Origin: Octopus sinensis
Lineage: Eukaryota
Assembly (NCBI RefSeq): GCF_006345805.1
Contig: NC_043006.1
Location: 51,646,001 to 51,710,000 of the forward strand
Reading direction: 5' to 3'
DNA length: 64,000 nt
Shown piece after piece: positions 1 through 13,500 of the stretch. The notes under the pieces were generated by a model. The model was not told the origin of the DNA. It ran no database searches and saw only the letters and a program-made list of their open reading frames with translations. Each line of letters starts with the position of its first letter. Positions within the stretch are counted from its first letter, which is position 1. The position numbers were made by a program, and so were the translations under genes.

Positions 1-419
1 GTCACATTCTATGACATGCTGAATCTCCCTAAGAACTACGTTAAGGGTACGCGTGTTTGTGGAGCACTCAGCCATTTGCACATTAATTTCATGAGCAGGC
101 TGTTCCATTGATCGGATCAACTGGAACCCTTGTTGTTGTAACTGATGGAATGCCAGTTACCAGTTGGGTAACTTAAATATATTACAGCCTCAGTTTATCA
201 GGAACAAGTTTTGGGAACAGTTTGGGACCAAAATAAGCTCAATTATTTAAAACTTTTAATACCGACCCACCTGTGTTTGTCATTGGAGGTATGATACAAA
301 ACTGTCAATTTTAAAATATTTATATTTAAATTGAATCTTCTTAGTTTAATCTAAGAACCTTTTGCTATGTCGAAATACCAACCTAATAATGGATTATTCA
401 GAAATATTTTTTTTATTTG

Positions 420-680
420 CCAAGTCTGGGAAGAAAGTGTCATGCCCATAACTCTTCCATGTGTTCTGAGATGTATAAGATTAATAACATTGATGACTGT
501 AGGGAAGATATGCACAAGGAGAGAATTCCAAAGAGCTGACATTCTGGGAAAGAAGGACTGGACATAATAGTTTGTACAGGACTTAGGGGATGGACACATT
601 ATGGGGATGGTCTCATCTGTTCAAAACTGAGTGTTGCTAGACATGATGTGCAAGAGAAAAAGTGTGAGGGCATTGGTGAA
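420..680 (-). mobile_element. Degraded CR1/Jockey-like LINE 3' fragment
   Basis: Peptide YVQSFFPRMSALWNSL, typical of a LINE ORF2 C-terminus. Confidence 0.55.
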
Positions 681-1197
681 GTGTGGGTTAAAGAGAAGGT
701 TCTTTAGAATAAAAATTAAAATGTTCTCAGATTACTTCTTGCTGAAGTTTACTATGACAGAGTTAAGATGACCAGGTAACAGAACTGTTTGTGTGCTAAG
801 TGCCCTTAAGCCAAAGTATGATGCAGCTAACTGGTTCATGAAAAGCAGTGCTATGGTTGTTGTTTAACCTCAGTTCAGCTTTCCCCAAGCAGATAGATTA
901 TCAAATACTCAGACATATGATTAAATGCTCATTATTTAAACATAGTCTGTCTAGGATCACATTTTCCATTATGTTTGTCATTATCTAAGATTTTGTAATA
1001 TGATTTAATGAATATTTGGCTACTATTTCTAGCAAGACATGTAAGCATACAAGGGATCTGTACTTGGATTATGTGTAGAAGTTTCTGTGTTGGCTTAAAT
1101 AGAGTTTGTTACAGTAAGATTAAAAGAAGCAGAGGATAGAGTTAGATGGAAGTGGAAATATTATCTAATACAGAAGAGATTCCATTATTTATAGAGG

Positions 1198-1380
1198 CAC
1201 AAGGTGGCAAAATAGTTAAAGCATCAGAAAATAAAAATACACAGTGATATTTTTTATGGCTGTTCACATTCTGAGTTCAAATCCTGCCATGGTCAGCTCT
1301 GTCTTTTATCTTTCCAGGGTTGATAAAACTAGGGTTGATTTAATCAAACCCTCCCCACAAATTTCTGGCATTGTTCATTT
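1198..1380 (+). mobile_element. tRNA-derived SINE, old copy (Meta-like domain family)
   Basis: ttctgagttcaaatcc B-box followed by a cttttatctttccagggttgataaa core. Confidence 0.6.
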
Positions 1381-1519
1381 ATAGATGCTAAAGCAACTCT
1401 CCTTTAAACTGAAAACTATGAAGGACAGAAAATAAACACTATACCTGGTTCCACTGCAAAGGGTGAATCTGCAGAAATGCTAGTATGATGAATTCCAGTT
1501 TTCAACAAAAGATACTTAC

Positions 1520-1585
1520 TCTTTTACTTTTTTCAGTGTTGGAGCTTTCATAAGTGATTCTGATTGTTCTGGGTCCAAGTCATTC
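1520..1585 (-). CDS. CFAP119: CFAP119-like paralogue B exon 3 (NDLDPEQSESLMKAPTLKKVK); gene continues left of the window
   Basis: gaaataaccacag|...GA|GTAAGT. Same 66-nt length as gene A exon 3, near-identical acceptor (gaaattaccacag) and alignable peptide. Confidence 0.87.
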
Positions 1586-2074
1586 CTGTGGTTATTTCAA
1601 CATAGGCAACAAAAGACAAAAGTGAGAAAAATTAAATATATATCTCATGAAGTTTCAAACCATTCCATTCACACATAGAATCATTTATTATAAAAACAAA
1701 TTCTCTCTCCTAAAATATTATTTGAATAAGTTGGACAAGTAAATTTTTTATATCACTAAATGTAGGAGAAATAAAAATAAAGACAGGTTTACATATTAGT
1801 TCTTATGTACATTTCACTATTATGGTTGCTTGGAACCTGCATTCCAAGCACATATGGATGCTTAACCAGAATGGATCATCAAGGAACTTTATTACATTGT
1901 TACAGTGAACTAATGTCAAGAGATGGATAGATGGAGAGGCAGTAATTACCTAACTACCATACTGGTAGCAGACTGGAATATGATAAACTACATGGAACTC
2001 TAAGTACAATAGTAGCAGTTGTACATCTATTTGTGTACACACAAGGTATTATCTGTAAATTCATAAATGTTTCT

Positions 2075-2520
2075 GATTTAAGTACAAACTCAGTAATTTT
2101 GAGGGAAAAGTTTAAGTCAATACCATTGACACCAGTACTTGATTGATACTTTATTTTATCAACCCTGAAAAGATGAAAGGAAATTTAAACACAGTGGGAT
2201 TTGAACTCATAATATAAAGAGCTGGAACAAACACCACAAGGTATCTTTTTTCTGACACTCTAATGATTCTATCAGCTTGCCAAGCTAAATATCTCTAAAT
2301 ATATTACTTCTACTCTAGGCACAAGGCCATGAAAATTTTTTGGGGAAGGGAACTAGTTGATTACATCGACCCCAGTATGTAACTGGTTCTTATTTCATCG
2401 ACCCTGAAAGGATGAAAGGCAAAATCAACCTTAGCAGAATTTGAACTTAGAACGTGGAAGCAGACGAAATACCGCAAAACATTTTACACAGCGCGCTAAT
2501 GACACTTCCAGCTTGCAGCC
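2075..2520 (-). mobile_element. Two tandem tRNA-derived SINEs (Meta-like domain)
   Basis: Repeated gaccctgaaaggatgaaaggcaaa...gaatttgaact motif, same family as 55825-56050. Confidence 0.8.
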
Positions 2521-3812
2521 TTAAATATCTCTAAATATAATGACAGATATTTTTGTGTAGTAGTGGCTAACTAGAGTCAACTGTTTGATATTTGATGACT
2601 AGAAATACCAATTAATTGATCAGAAGAAGAGGGTGTTGTGTTATTCATTTATATATCAAACAGTATTGACAGAAATTAAATTTGTCATATCTATTTCAAA
2701 TACTTGATGCCAGCCTTTTGAGTATAGAGTTGGAGGTCTTGTTGTTATTACTGTGTATCACAGAGTAACTCTCAATTATGCAGAGCTACGTGCAGTGATG
2801 TTCCAAACATAGCCATCCAATATTATTTTCAGACAACATATTCAATATTACATTATCCAATGTGCACTTCTTTTTTAAGATAATTTGAGGTTTGAGGGAA
2901 ATATGGCTGCTGTTTCTAGTATGTTGAATGATCACAGAGAAGCTCCCTTGTTAGTCCATAATGCTCTTGTATATTGCTATATCTAGACGTTTGGGGTGCT
3001 GAATGAGCTATGTAGCATTGGATAGCCTGCTAGTGTGTTGGTGTTGTACAAGCTTTGCACTGGTGGTGTAGGAACCATGTGAATTGGTGGTGTGGTGGTT
3101 TTATGTATTGGTTATGTAGTGATTGTGTGACTGTATGTATTGGTGTTATATTAGTGCTCTAGATTATCCTATTTGTGCCTAGATATTTCCGGAGTGTTAT
3201 AGTGGCAGTATGGATTGATATTGCAGCAGTGGTGTTCTTGTATAGTGTCAGTGCGTCTGGGTGTTTGAAGGGGTAGGTTGGGTTGTAGTGCATGTATACA
3301 TGCTTTGGTGTTATAACAGTGTTATGTGCTGGTGTTGTAGTAGTGTTTTGGTGTGGTGCTTATGTTGTAGTAATGTGGTGGTGTGTTGTTGGTACAGTAG
3401 TAGTGTTTCAGTGGGATTTGTCTTGTTGCCGTAGTAGAGTTCTTGCATGTTGTTGATGTGTTTATATGCCTTATCAGCACCTAACTGAAGAATACCTATG
3501 ACTATCTACTCCTTTTCCTGTGTGCAAAAAATCCAGGACTGTCCAATGTGTTCACTTTTATTTTAAGATGGTAGGGTGTTGTATAAGAGAGATCTAGTTG
3601 CCATTTCTAGCATGTTGAGCTATCATTGTATGTTGTACATGTGTCTAGCTTTGACTGGAGTTGTTTCCAGTGTCTGTATTTTTGGTGTTTTTTATTAGAG
3701 CTCTGGTGTTTTACTGATTTACTTAGATGTGTTTGAGGCATTACAGAGACTGCCTGTTGTATTGTAACAGATAGAACATACTTAAGTTTGATATAGATAA
3801 CAACAAACTTAC

Positions 3813-3844
3813 CAAACAACAATCTTGATACGGTGAGATTTTGG
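3813..3844 (-). CDS. CFAP119: CFAP119-like paralogue B exon 2 (PKSHRIKIVVW)
   Basis: tttatttctccag|...TTTG|GTAAGTTT. Same 32-nt length, phase and splice context as gene A exon 2. Confidence 0.85.
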
Positions 3845-4057
3845 CTGGAGAAATAAATTGCAATGTAGTTAACTAAACTGTTAATTATTACATGATATAT
3901 AGTAAGAAATGACTGCTTTTTAATTATTTTGTTAGAGTATGAAGGACAACAGACTGATTGACAGAAGTGATATTAAACTTAAATACCCATATGTTTATAA
4001 AGAAAATGCAGATAAAGCATGGAAGTAGTTCTGTAGCTGGATGATTAACTGAAAGTA

Positions 4058-4599
4058 TTGGGCTGTCCGGAAAGTTTGTGCCAATTCTTAAAGGAAAGAA
4101 AAAGGTCAATAAATACTTGCCATTACATTTTTAATCAACCACATATGAACCATTTTGTTGCACAATGCATCTCCATCTTTCCTTTAACTTGAAAATACCC
4201 TTTTCCCAGAATTGAAGTCATTTTATGGCAAAGAATTCATCAAGGTATCTTTTTACGTCATCCAAGGAACTGAAATTTTTACCATTAAGACTATCCTGCA
4301 GAGACCTGAATAAGTGGAAATCTGAAGGAGCAATATCTTGTGAATATGGAGGGTGAGGTAACACATTTCAACCAAGCTGCAGCAATTTTTGTCTGGTTCC
4401 CAAAGCATCAAGTCCTGAAAATGAACTTTCTTATCTTTCATTTTAAAGGGTTACAGAATTAACACAGGTTATAGGAACAGAAACCTTCTTCCACGAAAAG
4501 ATAGCTCAAACTGTGCTCTAAATGGAGGTGTAGTCAAGTCCTATTTTATGGACTCAACCAAGCTACTATAAATTGGCATGAGCTTTCCGGACAAACCAA
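4058..4599 (-). mobile_element. Internally deleted mariner DNA transposon
   Basis: 29-bp TIRs ttgggctgtccggaaagtttgtgccaatt / aattggcatgagctttccggacaaaccaa with TA TSDs. Minus-strand remnant PHPPYSQDIAPSDFHLFRSLQ...ERWRCIVQQNGSY. Confidence 0.92.
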
Positions 4600-5199
4600 T
4601 ATTTAGCATATGGACACAGTAAAGATGATGATAGGAAATCTAGGCACATCAGAGCGTCAGGTGGATTATGGTAGAAGTGATGCATAACCTGCTAGTTCAG
4701 GGAAACAGAAGAAAGCATCCTGGTAGTTGTGATGAATAGTGATGCATCACAACCATATGTGCATGACATGGTGATCTCTTATCAAGATGAACAGTGCATG
4801 ACCTTGCAGGTAGGGGCCAGTTAGAATTTTCTTCAGGTTGACAAGCCCATCCTGCTCAAATGGTCCCTGAATAAGGGTTGCTTAAGCATTTGAACAAGAC
4901 ACTCCTGTTTCCAGAGGTGAATTATTCAAACTCTAAAGAATTGCTCTCAACACATGTTGCTCTCTCACTACTTCTGCTCGTAATCAGAGATGCACTTATC
5001 ATCAGCCACTAAGAGATGCTCAAATGCAACAGACAAGCAAATCTGTGGTATTGAGCAGAATATTTGCTGTAGCCTATCTTTTACACCAAGACAAAACATG
5101 ATAACACTTCCAATCAGTTAAGATCAGGAGCCCTGAGAACCAATGGCTGGAATTGCATCAGGGCATTTGTTGTTGTTTTGTTAGTAGTAGTAGCAGTAT

Positions 5200-5690
5200 T
5201 AGTAGTAGTGGTGGTGGTGGTGGTGGGAGTTGATTTCATCAACCACTGTACTCAACTGGTACTTATTTTATCACTCTGAAAGGACAAAAGGGTAAAGTAA
5301 ACCTCAGTGGAGTTTGTATTCAGAACACAAAAAGCTGAAGAAATGTTACTAAGCAATAGTAATAACAACAATGGTTTCTGTTTTAGGCATCAGACCAATA
5401 ATTTTGAGGGTGGTGGTAATGACAAGTTAGTAAATACCGTCAATTCCAGTAACTGACTTGCAATTTATTTTATTAGCCTCTGAAAGGATGAAAGGCAAAG
5501 TTCACCTCAGTAAGATTTGAACCCAAAAGGTAAAGAGCTGGAACAAACATTGCAAAGCATTTTTCTGATGCGCTAATGATTCTACCAATCCACCAGCCTT
5601 GGACTTCTCATTTAGGCACAAGGCCAAGAATTTTGAATGGAGGGGTTAGTTAATATGATGAACCCCAGTACTTTACTGGTGTTCATTATA
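5200..5690 (-). mobile_element. Cluster of three degraded tRNA-SINE copies
   Basis: Repeated aggcacaagg...ctggtacttatttt...tgaaaggatgaaaggcaaagt motifs. Confidence 0.7.
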
Positions 5691-5700
5691 TTAAGTAGAC

Positions 5701-5990
5701 ATGATATGATAGGTCTGTCTAACAGACCATCTACATAATGTATAAACAACATATATATACAAATATATACACATCAAACACCAGACCTATCCATCCATCT
5801 ATCCACCCAATCCAATCCAATCCAATCCATCCATCCATCCGGTCTATCATGATATGATCGGTCTAACAGGACATCTACATAATGTATAAACAACATATAC
5901 ATACATATATATATATACATCAACCACCAGACCTATCCATCCAGCCACCCAATCCAATCCAATCCAATCCGTCCATTCATCCATCCATCT
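5701..5990 (+). repeat. ~147-bp tandem duplication containing (ATCC)/(CCAAT) microsatellite
   Basis: atgatatgat..ggtctaacag..catctacataatgtataaacaac...accagacctatccatcc occurs twice. Confidence 0.85.
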
Positions 5991-6009
5991 AAAGGTAATC
6001 TAGTTTTAC

Positions 6010-8812
6010 CAAAACCTAATAACCTTTGAAGTGGTGCAAGAACACACACGAAAACGAAGTGTCGCTGAAGAAGTCACAGATATTTCTGGACAATGGACAC
6101 GAGTTAAAGTAATGATTTGAACCAATCTCAGCAGGAAGTATTTTTCTGCAGTATACACATGACCATGTCAACACTTCTGCTTGGAGTCGTTTACCGGCCC
6201 CCCCCAAATTATCGTCAAGACACACAGCTTTTTGATATCCTCAGAGCTGCTACCATGAAAACAGCCGTGTATGTTTATATTGCGGGCGACTTCAATTTCC
6301 CTGAGATTGACTGGGAGGCCTTCCGTTGGCCACAAAGTGCAGACGATTTCCTTGAACTGGTGCTGAATTCAAATTGGTTCCAAGTTGTTACCTCCCCAAC
6401 AAGGGGCAACAACACTTTGGATCTGCTACTTACTGCATCTCCTGAAACAATCATTAGTGTCACTACTGAAGAACCTTTAGGTAACTCTGATCATTCCATG
6501 ATCATGGTCGACTTATCTCTGATTGGTTGTAACAAAAAACACAACCATCTTCAGACTGCCCGCTTTGACTGGAATAAAGCAGACTGGAGCTCTTATTGAA
6601 CTGAGCTGCAACGCCCAAACTGGCTCGAATTTTATGCCTCTGAAGATGTGGACACTATACTCCAGAACATTCTGAATTCAATATGGGCGGCATGTGCAGC
6701 ATCAGTACCACGCAAGCACAAAAAAACACACAATAGTGCAATTTGGAAGACTGCAGCAGTCCGACTTGCCAGGAAAGAACGCCGTAATGCTGAACAGGAA
6801 TACAAATTGCACAAATCAGAGGGCAACAGGAAAAAGCGCAATAGGTCAGCCAACCACCTCAAGCAGGTGACAAAAAAGGCAGTGCTTGAATTTGAACAAC
6901 GCATTGCAACTAACCCTGACAGCAAAGTGTTCTGGAAGTATGTGCACTCAAAGCAGAGACCCCACTCTCCAGTTGGTCCCCTTCGCAATCCCCACACAGG
7001 ACAGATTACTGGCAATCCCGAAGAATGTGCAGAAATCATTGCTGGATGTTATGCCGGCATCTTTACTGTCGAAGACCAAAATGTTCCAACTTCATCACCA
7101 CTGACATCGGACTCTATATCTACTATGCAATTTACACCAGCAATGCTACAACGCCACCTTAAGAATAAACGCAACTATGCCTCTCCTGGTCTCGATGGTG
7201 TTATATACGTACTTCTCAAACGCGGTGGGTACTTTCTTCTAAGCCAACTTTCTCTATTCTTCCAATTTTGTCTTGACAATGGTGTTACTCCAGAACACTG
7301 GAAAACTGCCAGTGTTATCCCTCTGTTCAAAAAAGGCAACCGCACATCGCCTGTCAACTATCGCCCCATTAGTCTTACTAACTGCATCGCCAAACTGATG
7401 GAATCCTGTATCAGAGAAACCCTCTGGAACTTCTGGAAGTCTCACAGCCTCATCCAGCCATCACAGTTTGGATTTATTCCTAACTCCAGCTGCTGTAATC
7501 AACTCATCGAGTTTCTTGAGGACGTTACCCAAATCACTGATCGCGGATCCTGGGTGGATTTTGTTTACCTGGACTTTGCTGAGGCTTTTAACTCTGTGCC
7601 ACACAAAAGACTTATGGTGAAGCTCTCTGCGTTGGGCGTAAGAGACGAACTCTATAACTGGTTGAAGTCCTTTATTTTCGACCGAAAAGAGGTTGTCACA
7701 GTTCTAGGACAGCAATCTTTGCCCTATGAGATGACATCTGGTGTACCACAGGGATCTGTTCTTGGCCCCCTTTTATTTGTTGCATATGTTAATGACATAG
7801 ATGCCAACTTAAAGAATTCCACAGTGCTGAAATATGCAGATGACATCAAGCTGTACCTCGAAATAAAGAGGTCAGATCCTGTACACTATAGATCTCTATT
7901 GCAAGCAGACCTGGACACAATGCAGCAGTGGATCATAGACTGGCAACTCAAGCTGGCTGTGGACAAATGTACCACTATGCATTTTGGGAGGAGAAACCCA
8001 GCGTCCACCTACTCCCTCCACAACACTAGTCTCAAAAAGTCTTCATGTGAACGTGACCTGGGTGTTATTGTCGACAGTGATTTGCATTGGACAAAACACA
8101 TCGCCAAAATTGTCAAGAAGGCTGACGGTGTCTTGGCATCACTCACCAAAAACTTTGTGAGCCGCTCTCTGACTATCTATCTGCGGCTTTATATAGCTAT
8201 GGTAAGACCTCACCTGGAATTTGCATCACCGGTCTGGAACCCCTATCTTGCCCAGGATATCAATCGTCTGGAAGCCGTTCAGTGACGTGTAACCAAAAGA
8301 ATACCCTCCATCAGGCATTTGCCATATTCTGAACGCCTTACTTCCCTGGGCATGGACACATTGAAACTCTGACGTCTGGCAACTGACTTGGCAGACACCC
8401 ATAAAATTATCAACCATCGTACAAACAATAACTCTGAGCACCTTTTCAAACTCCACCCATCTAACACCCGTGGATATATTTACAAAGTCAGAAAACAGCA
8501 CAGCTCCCATGACTTTCAGGAAACATTTTTTCACGCTGAGAGTTGCTGAAGCATGGAACAAACTGCCGGCATCAGTTGTTAGTTGTCGGAGCACTGCATC
8601 CTTCAAAACTTCCATGCTTTCTGAGATTCGCCAACACTACACCTGATTTTCTCCCCTCCATACACACACAAGCATGTATCTGACTCATGCATTCTTCGCT
8701 TTCCAGACATTTGTACATTACTGCATGTGCTTTATATGCACTGTCCAACAAGTTGTGGTGCACCTGAGCACTGTATACAATAATTTCATTATTATTATTA
8801 TTATTATTATTA
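6010..8812 (+). mobile_element. CR1-clade LINE, 5'-truncated ORF2 (APE endonuclease + reverse transcriptase), pseudogenised
   Basis: APE motifs YRPP, GDFNFP, TLDLLLT, SDH. RT motifs NYRPISL, QFGF, LDFAEAFNSVPH, GVPQGSVLGPLLF, YADDIKL. In-frame TGA stops at 6597, 8283 and 8370. (ATT)n tail. Confidence 0.95.
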
Positions 8813-9049
8813 ATAAAATAAGAACAGTAATAAATGAGTGAAGAAAGAAAAAATATAGTGTGTGTGTTTATTTGGCAAAAAAAAAAAAAGAAGAAATGAC
8901 CGTCCCGAAATACAATACTGTTAACCATGTTGGTAAAACTAGATTACTTCTATGTAACGATATAAATATCGTTACATAGATGCGTCGTGACCTCTGCATT
9001 TAAGTAGTGTCCAATAGACTACGCGTGTCTTACTTTGGCATCATCCATA

Positions 9050-9755
9050 AAACATGTTTATAGGGAGAAAAATATGGAAAAACATCAATTGATGTGAGAG
9101 TGAGAAAGGAAAGAGAAGGGAGGTCTTGGGATGTGCTAGAAATGACAGCCAAATCTCCCTTAAATCATACATTTTCCTCTGTAATTATTAAGTTTTTTTT
9201 TTTTAACCGAAAATTTTTCTCTTACGATTTTAAGGGCGTAGTGAAGAAAAATAAAGTTAACAAAATCGGTCCGGACTGGGGTGATTGGAGTGAAAGACAA
9301 AAAATCATGAATTAAAGAAAATTTTGGTTAAATTTTTTTTTCTATATTTCATGAAAAGATGTGAAAAAATCTTCAAAACTGAGAAATTCCAACTTATGCG
9401 GGCCGTTTGATCCGAAATTCCGTTTTCCAGAAACTCCCCACCAAGCCCCCTACCAAAAAAGTTTTGCCTACAGATTTCTTTGTAATCGTAATCTACAGCG
9501 TTTGAAAAATATTTGTATAAAATTTCAATAAAGAATACGCATTTTCCTGAAAGTTATGAAGGGAAAAATGTCGGGTCGTGTGAATTTTCCGAAACTCCTC
9601 TCCCTAACCCCCCCAAAAATGTTTTTCCAACAAATCTTTACATACTCTCTATCTACAGGATCTCAGCGATTATTTGTTGATAATTTCGTTAAAAAGTATC
9701 TATTTTTCTGGAAGTTATGAGGCAACAAAGTCGGGTGGGGATATGCACCTGTAGT
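9050..9755 (+). mobile_element. Non-autonomous DNA-transposon-like repeat (family also at 58398-59001, 59250-59600 and 60305-60525)
   Basis: Shared gtttatagggagaaaaatat and tttctgaaagttatgagg..acaaagtcggg motifs. Confidence 0.55.
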
Positions 9756-9885
9756 TATGCTAGTCGATACCATCAATCCTAATGTTTGGCTATCAAAATC
9801 CTGAAGGAGGAAGGGGAAAGATGATGCTGGCGGGGTTTGATCATCGAACGAAGAGTTCTAACAATTCGTCAGTCCACCATTGTGT

Positions 9886-10234
9886 GGTACTGCTTAAGAG
9901 CGGTGGTCCCGGTGCGCGCACTCGCGAACTCGCGCATCCGCGCTAGCTAGTCGTGACTTGTCGATCCTTATTTTGTGTTTTATTTACTTTGTTTTAAAAA
10001 AATTGGCACTGTCATGCTATTAGCTGTCAGAAGTGAAAGTAGAAAAATCTGACGTCAACTTCGTGTATTTGACTAATGTGTGTGTGTCTGTATTTATTGT
10101 ATGTGTGTATAAGTAGTTATATGCTTATATTATCCATTATAGTAATATTTGTCTGTTGAAATCCGTTTTAAGGCGGTCAATAGTTTAATTAAAGATGTGT
10201 CTATACATGTATATATATATATATATACATGTGT

Positions 10235-10272
<38 letters not shown>

Positions 10273-10325
10273 GTGTATACATTACAAATGTATATATGTA
10301 TACACATGTATATATACACATACAC

Positions 10326-10393
<68 letters not shown>

Positions 10394-10487
10394 TTCAATA
10401 TAGGGTAGCAAAAGATTCAGGTTGAAGCCTTGGCTGCTATTTCTAGTGGGTTGAACGGCCTATTATGGCCGTTCCTTAATTTTGCTG

Positions 10488-10524
<37 letters not shown>

Positions 10525-13500
10525 TCTTTAATTAAACTATTGACCGCCTTAAAACGGATTTCAACAGACAAATATTACTATAATGGATAATATAAGCATA
10601 TAACTACTTATACACACACAATAAATACAGACACACACACATTAGTCAGACATATAGCCACATATACACACACACGTGTGTATGATTGGTGTGTGATTGC
10701 GGTGGTGGTGGTGGGGATGGTCATTTGTGCAGATTTGGTGTGATTTCTTTTTTAAAAACAATAATATGAATAATGCAAGAATATATTTATTTATAAAGTT
10801 TAAACAGAACATGGAATGAAATGTATTTATTTATAAACTTTAAACTGAACTTCAATTGTTTTATAAACCTAACAGCGTGGTGGTACGTAAATAAACGGCG
10901 TAAATTAACGAAGGTATAAACCTGACGTAAATACACGAAGTTGACGTCAGATTTTTCTACTTTCACTTCTGACAGCTAAGAAGCATGACAGTGCCAAAAA
11001 GTTATTTACTTTGTGTAAAAAAATTATGGCAATCTTTCGTCTCTAGTAGACCTTTCCGTCGATTTCCGTAAAAAACTTTTTTTTTTACATATGGGCTTGC
11101 GGGAACTTTTGAAGTAATGAGAGCGAAAGAGACTAAGAGAAAGCGATTGTATGACGAGGGAAGTTCTTTTGAAGTTACCGTGCATGGGAGCATTGATGTA
11201 CATGTGTGTGTGTGTGTGTGTTTGATGGGGTGTGGGAGACAGAAAGTATGTTGTGTAAGTGAAGTGCTTCTGTTAGTGTGTGTGAAGAGACAGAGTAATG
11301 TGTGAAAGAGAGAGATAACTGAAATTTTTTACTCGGTGTATGTGTATATGTATGTATGCATGTATGTATGTGTGTGTATGTATCTATGTATGTGTGTATG
11401 TATGTGTGTGTGTATGTGTGTGTGTATGTGTGTGTGTGTATGTATGTATGGCCGATTCAGTGTTTACATTATTTCGAGTTAAAACGAAAGATTACCTTTG
11501 CCTGTTTATGTAACGGTCTGCTATGTAGAAAATAATGAGGTTGACTCAATGGAATAATGACAGTGATCGAAGATATAGACAAAAATTTTTTTTTTTTAAT
11601 CGTTATACATGCCTTGTCGACTGCTACTGTGCAGCCTTAATGTCTCTGTTGATGTGACGATGGTGAAATGGTAAGAAAAAGACGGGAGAGTTATAAAATG
11701 AGGAGGAGATATTCTTCTCATGAGAAAAGAGTTGCATGTAAAGGAAAAGGTTTTGAGCAAAAGGCTTCGTTTCACGTTACTACGATCGACACAGTTTTAA
11801 ATGGGCAACCCCACCCGTCTAGCCTCAGGGTGGCATCACTCAGAATCTACAACAATGCGAGGAAGCGCATTGTGACCAGCGATATGTAGCAACATCCGAC
11901 AGTCTAGTCGGTACAGTGATTTGTGTTGTTTTGAGACGAAGGGACAGTTCCGAAATGCCAAATTCCTCTTCTCCCCACGGCACACGAACTCATCCAAACT
12001 TAAGAATCAACATGGCTTTGCTAAGTCAATTGATGTGCTTTCCATTTGACTTAAAACCTTTCCGTGCCTACACAGACACCACACGAAAACAATAGGTGTC
12101 ACAGTGATATACCTCTTTTTCTACAGTCGGCCGAAATGAAGAAGTGACAATGCCACCTTCACATTCTCTATTGTCAGCATCGAGCATCGACAATTGGTGA
12201 CAGACCGACGTTATTAGAATACATCAACCACAACGATACAACTGGTTACCCACAACGTGATTCGAACACAACAACCCTGCCGCAATTGCTGACCCCGGAG
12301 CCACAGAACTGCAGTCTTCGTTACCTTATCCATTACATTTGGTGAGCTCGACTTCAAAGACTTACTGCTTTCGCATCGCATGAACTCTTGAAAACAATTA
12401 CAGTCCGTGCCAGTCGCATCAACAAGAATTATAGGACACGAACTTTCACAACGCCATCGTCACATGCCCAACACAACACGAAAGGAATGAAGTCACCGAC
12501 TCAATGGACACACTAATTACATTCCACTTGTACTGCAACCCGATGCACAGATCCACGAGGGAAACAGTTGCCATACATAAATGCAACACTTAGGACAGCT
12601 ACCCAACCAAGAGAACTAACCTTTTCTCACTTTTCAGCATAGACTTTTCACACAGGACATTACCAATAGGATTTTGTCACTTTTCGTTACACATTTGTAC
12701 TGTTCGTTCCTTTTGCTGCACAACACAATGTTTACACATGCATATATATGCATGCTTGCACCCAGTTTCTGTGCACATCTATAGACTATTAACTTTTTTT
12801 TCCTTTACATGCAACTCTTTTCTCATGAGAAGAATATCTCCTCCTCATTTTATAACTCTCCCGTCTTTTTCTTACCATTTCACCATCACCACATCAACAG
12901 AGACATTAAGGCTGCACAGTAGCAGTCGACAAGGCATGTATAACGATTAAAAAAAAAAATTTTGTCTATATCTTCGATCACTGTCATTATTCCATTGAGT
13001 CAACCTCATTATTTTCTACATAGCAGACCGTTACATAAACAGGCAAAGGTAATCTTTCGTTTTAACTCGAAATAATGTAAACACTGAATCGGCCATACAT
13101 ACATACACACATACATACACACACACATACATGCATACACACATATACCGAGTAAAAAATTTCAGTTATCTCTCTCTTTCACACATTATTCTCTCTGTCT
13201 CTTCACACACACTAACAGAAGCACTTCACTTACACAACATACTTTCTGTGTCCCACACCCCATCAAACACACACACATGTACATCAATGCTCCCATGCAC
13301 GGTAACTTCAAAAGAACTTCCCTCGTCATACAATCGCTTTCGGCGATCTTTCGTTTGTAGTAGCACGTTTCCGTCGATTTCCGTAAAAAACTTTTATTTT
13401 TTTGACATATGGCCTTGAGGGAACATTTGAAGTAATGAGAGCGAAAGAGACTAAGACGAAGCGATTTTATGACGAGGGAATTTCTTTTGAAGTTATCAAA

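Noticed and set aside
8950-8979. Palindrome ctatgtaacgatat-aa-atatcgttacatag as promoter or exon 1 of paralogue B
   Set aside because: Only a weak X-box resemblance and weak donors nearby; 14655-14693 is a better first exon.
8421-9300. Apparent segmental duplication with 59833-60530 (CR1 tail followed by the same repeat)
   Set aside because: The sequence between the two repeats is unrelated and divergence levels differ; independent insertions explain it.
10130-10403. YI/CV-rich ORFs (also 13515-14025, 22572-22853, 26853-27102, 60597-60810)
   Set aside because: Translations of (TA)n/(TG)n microsatellites.
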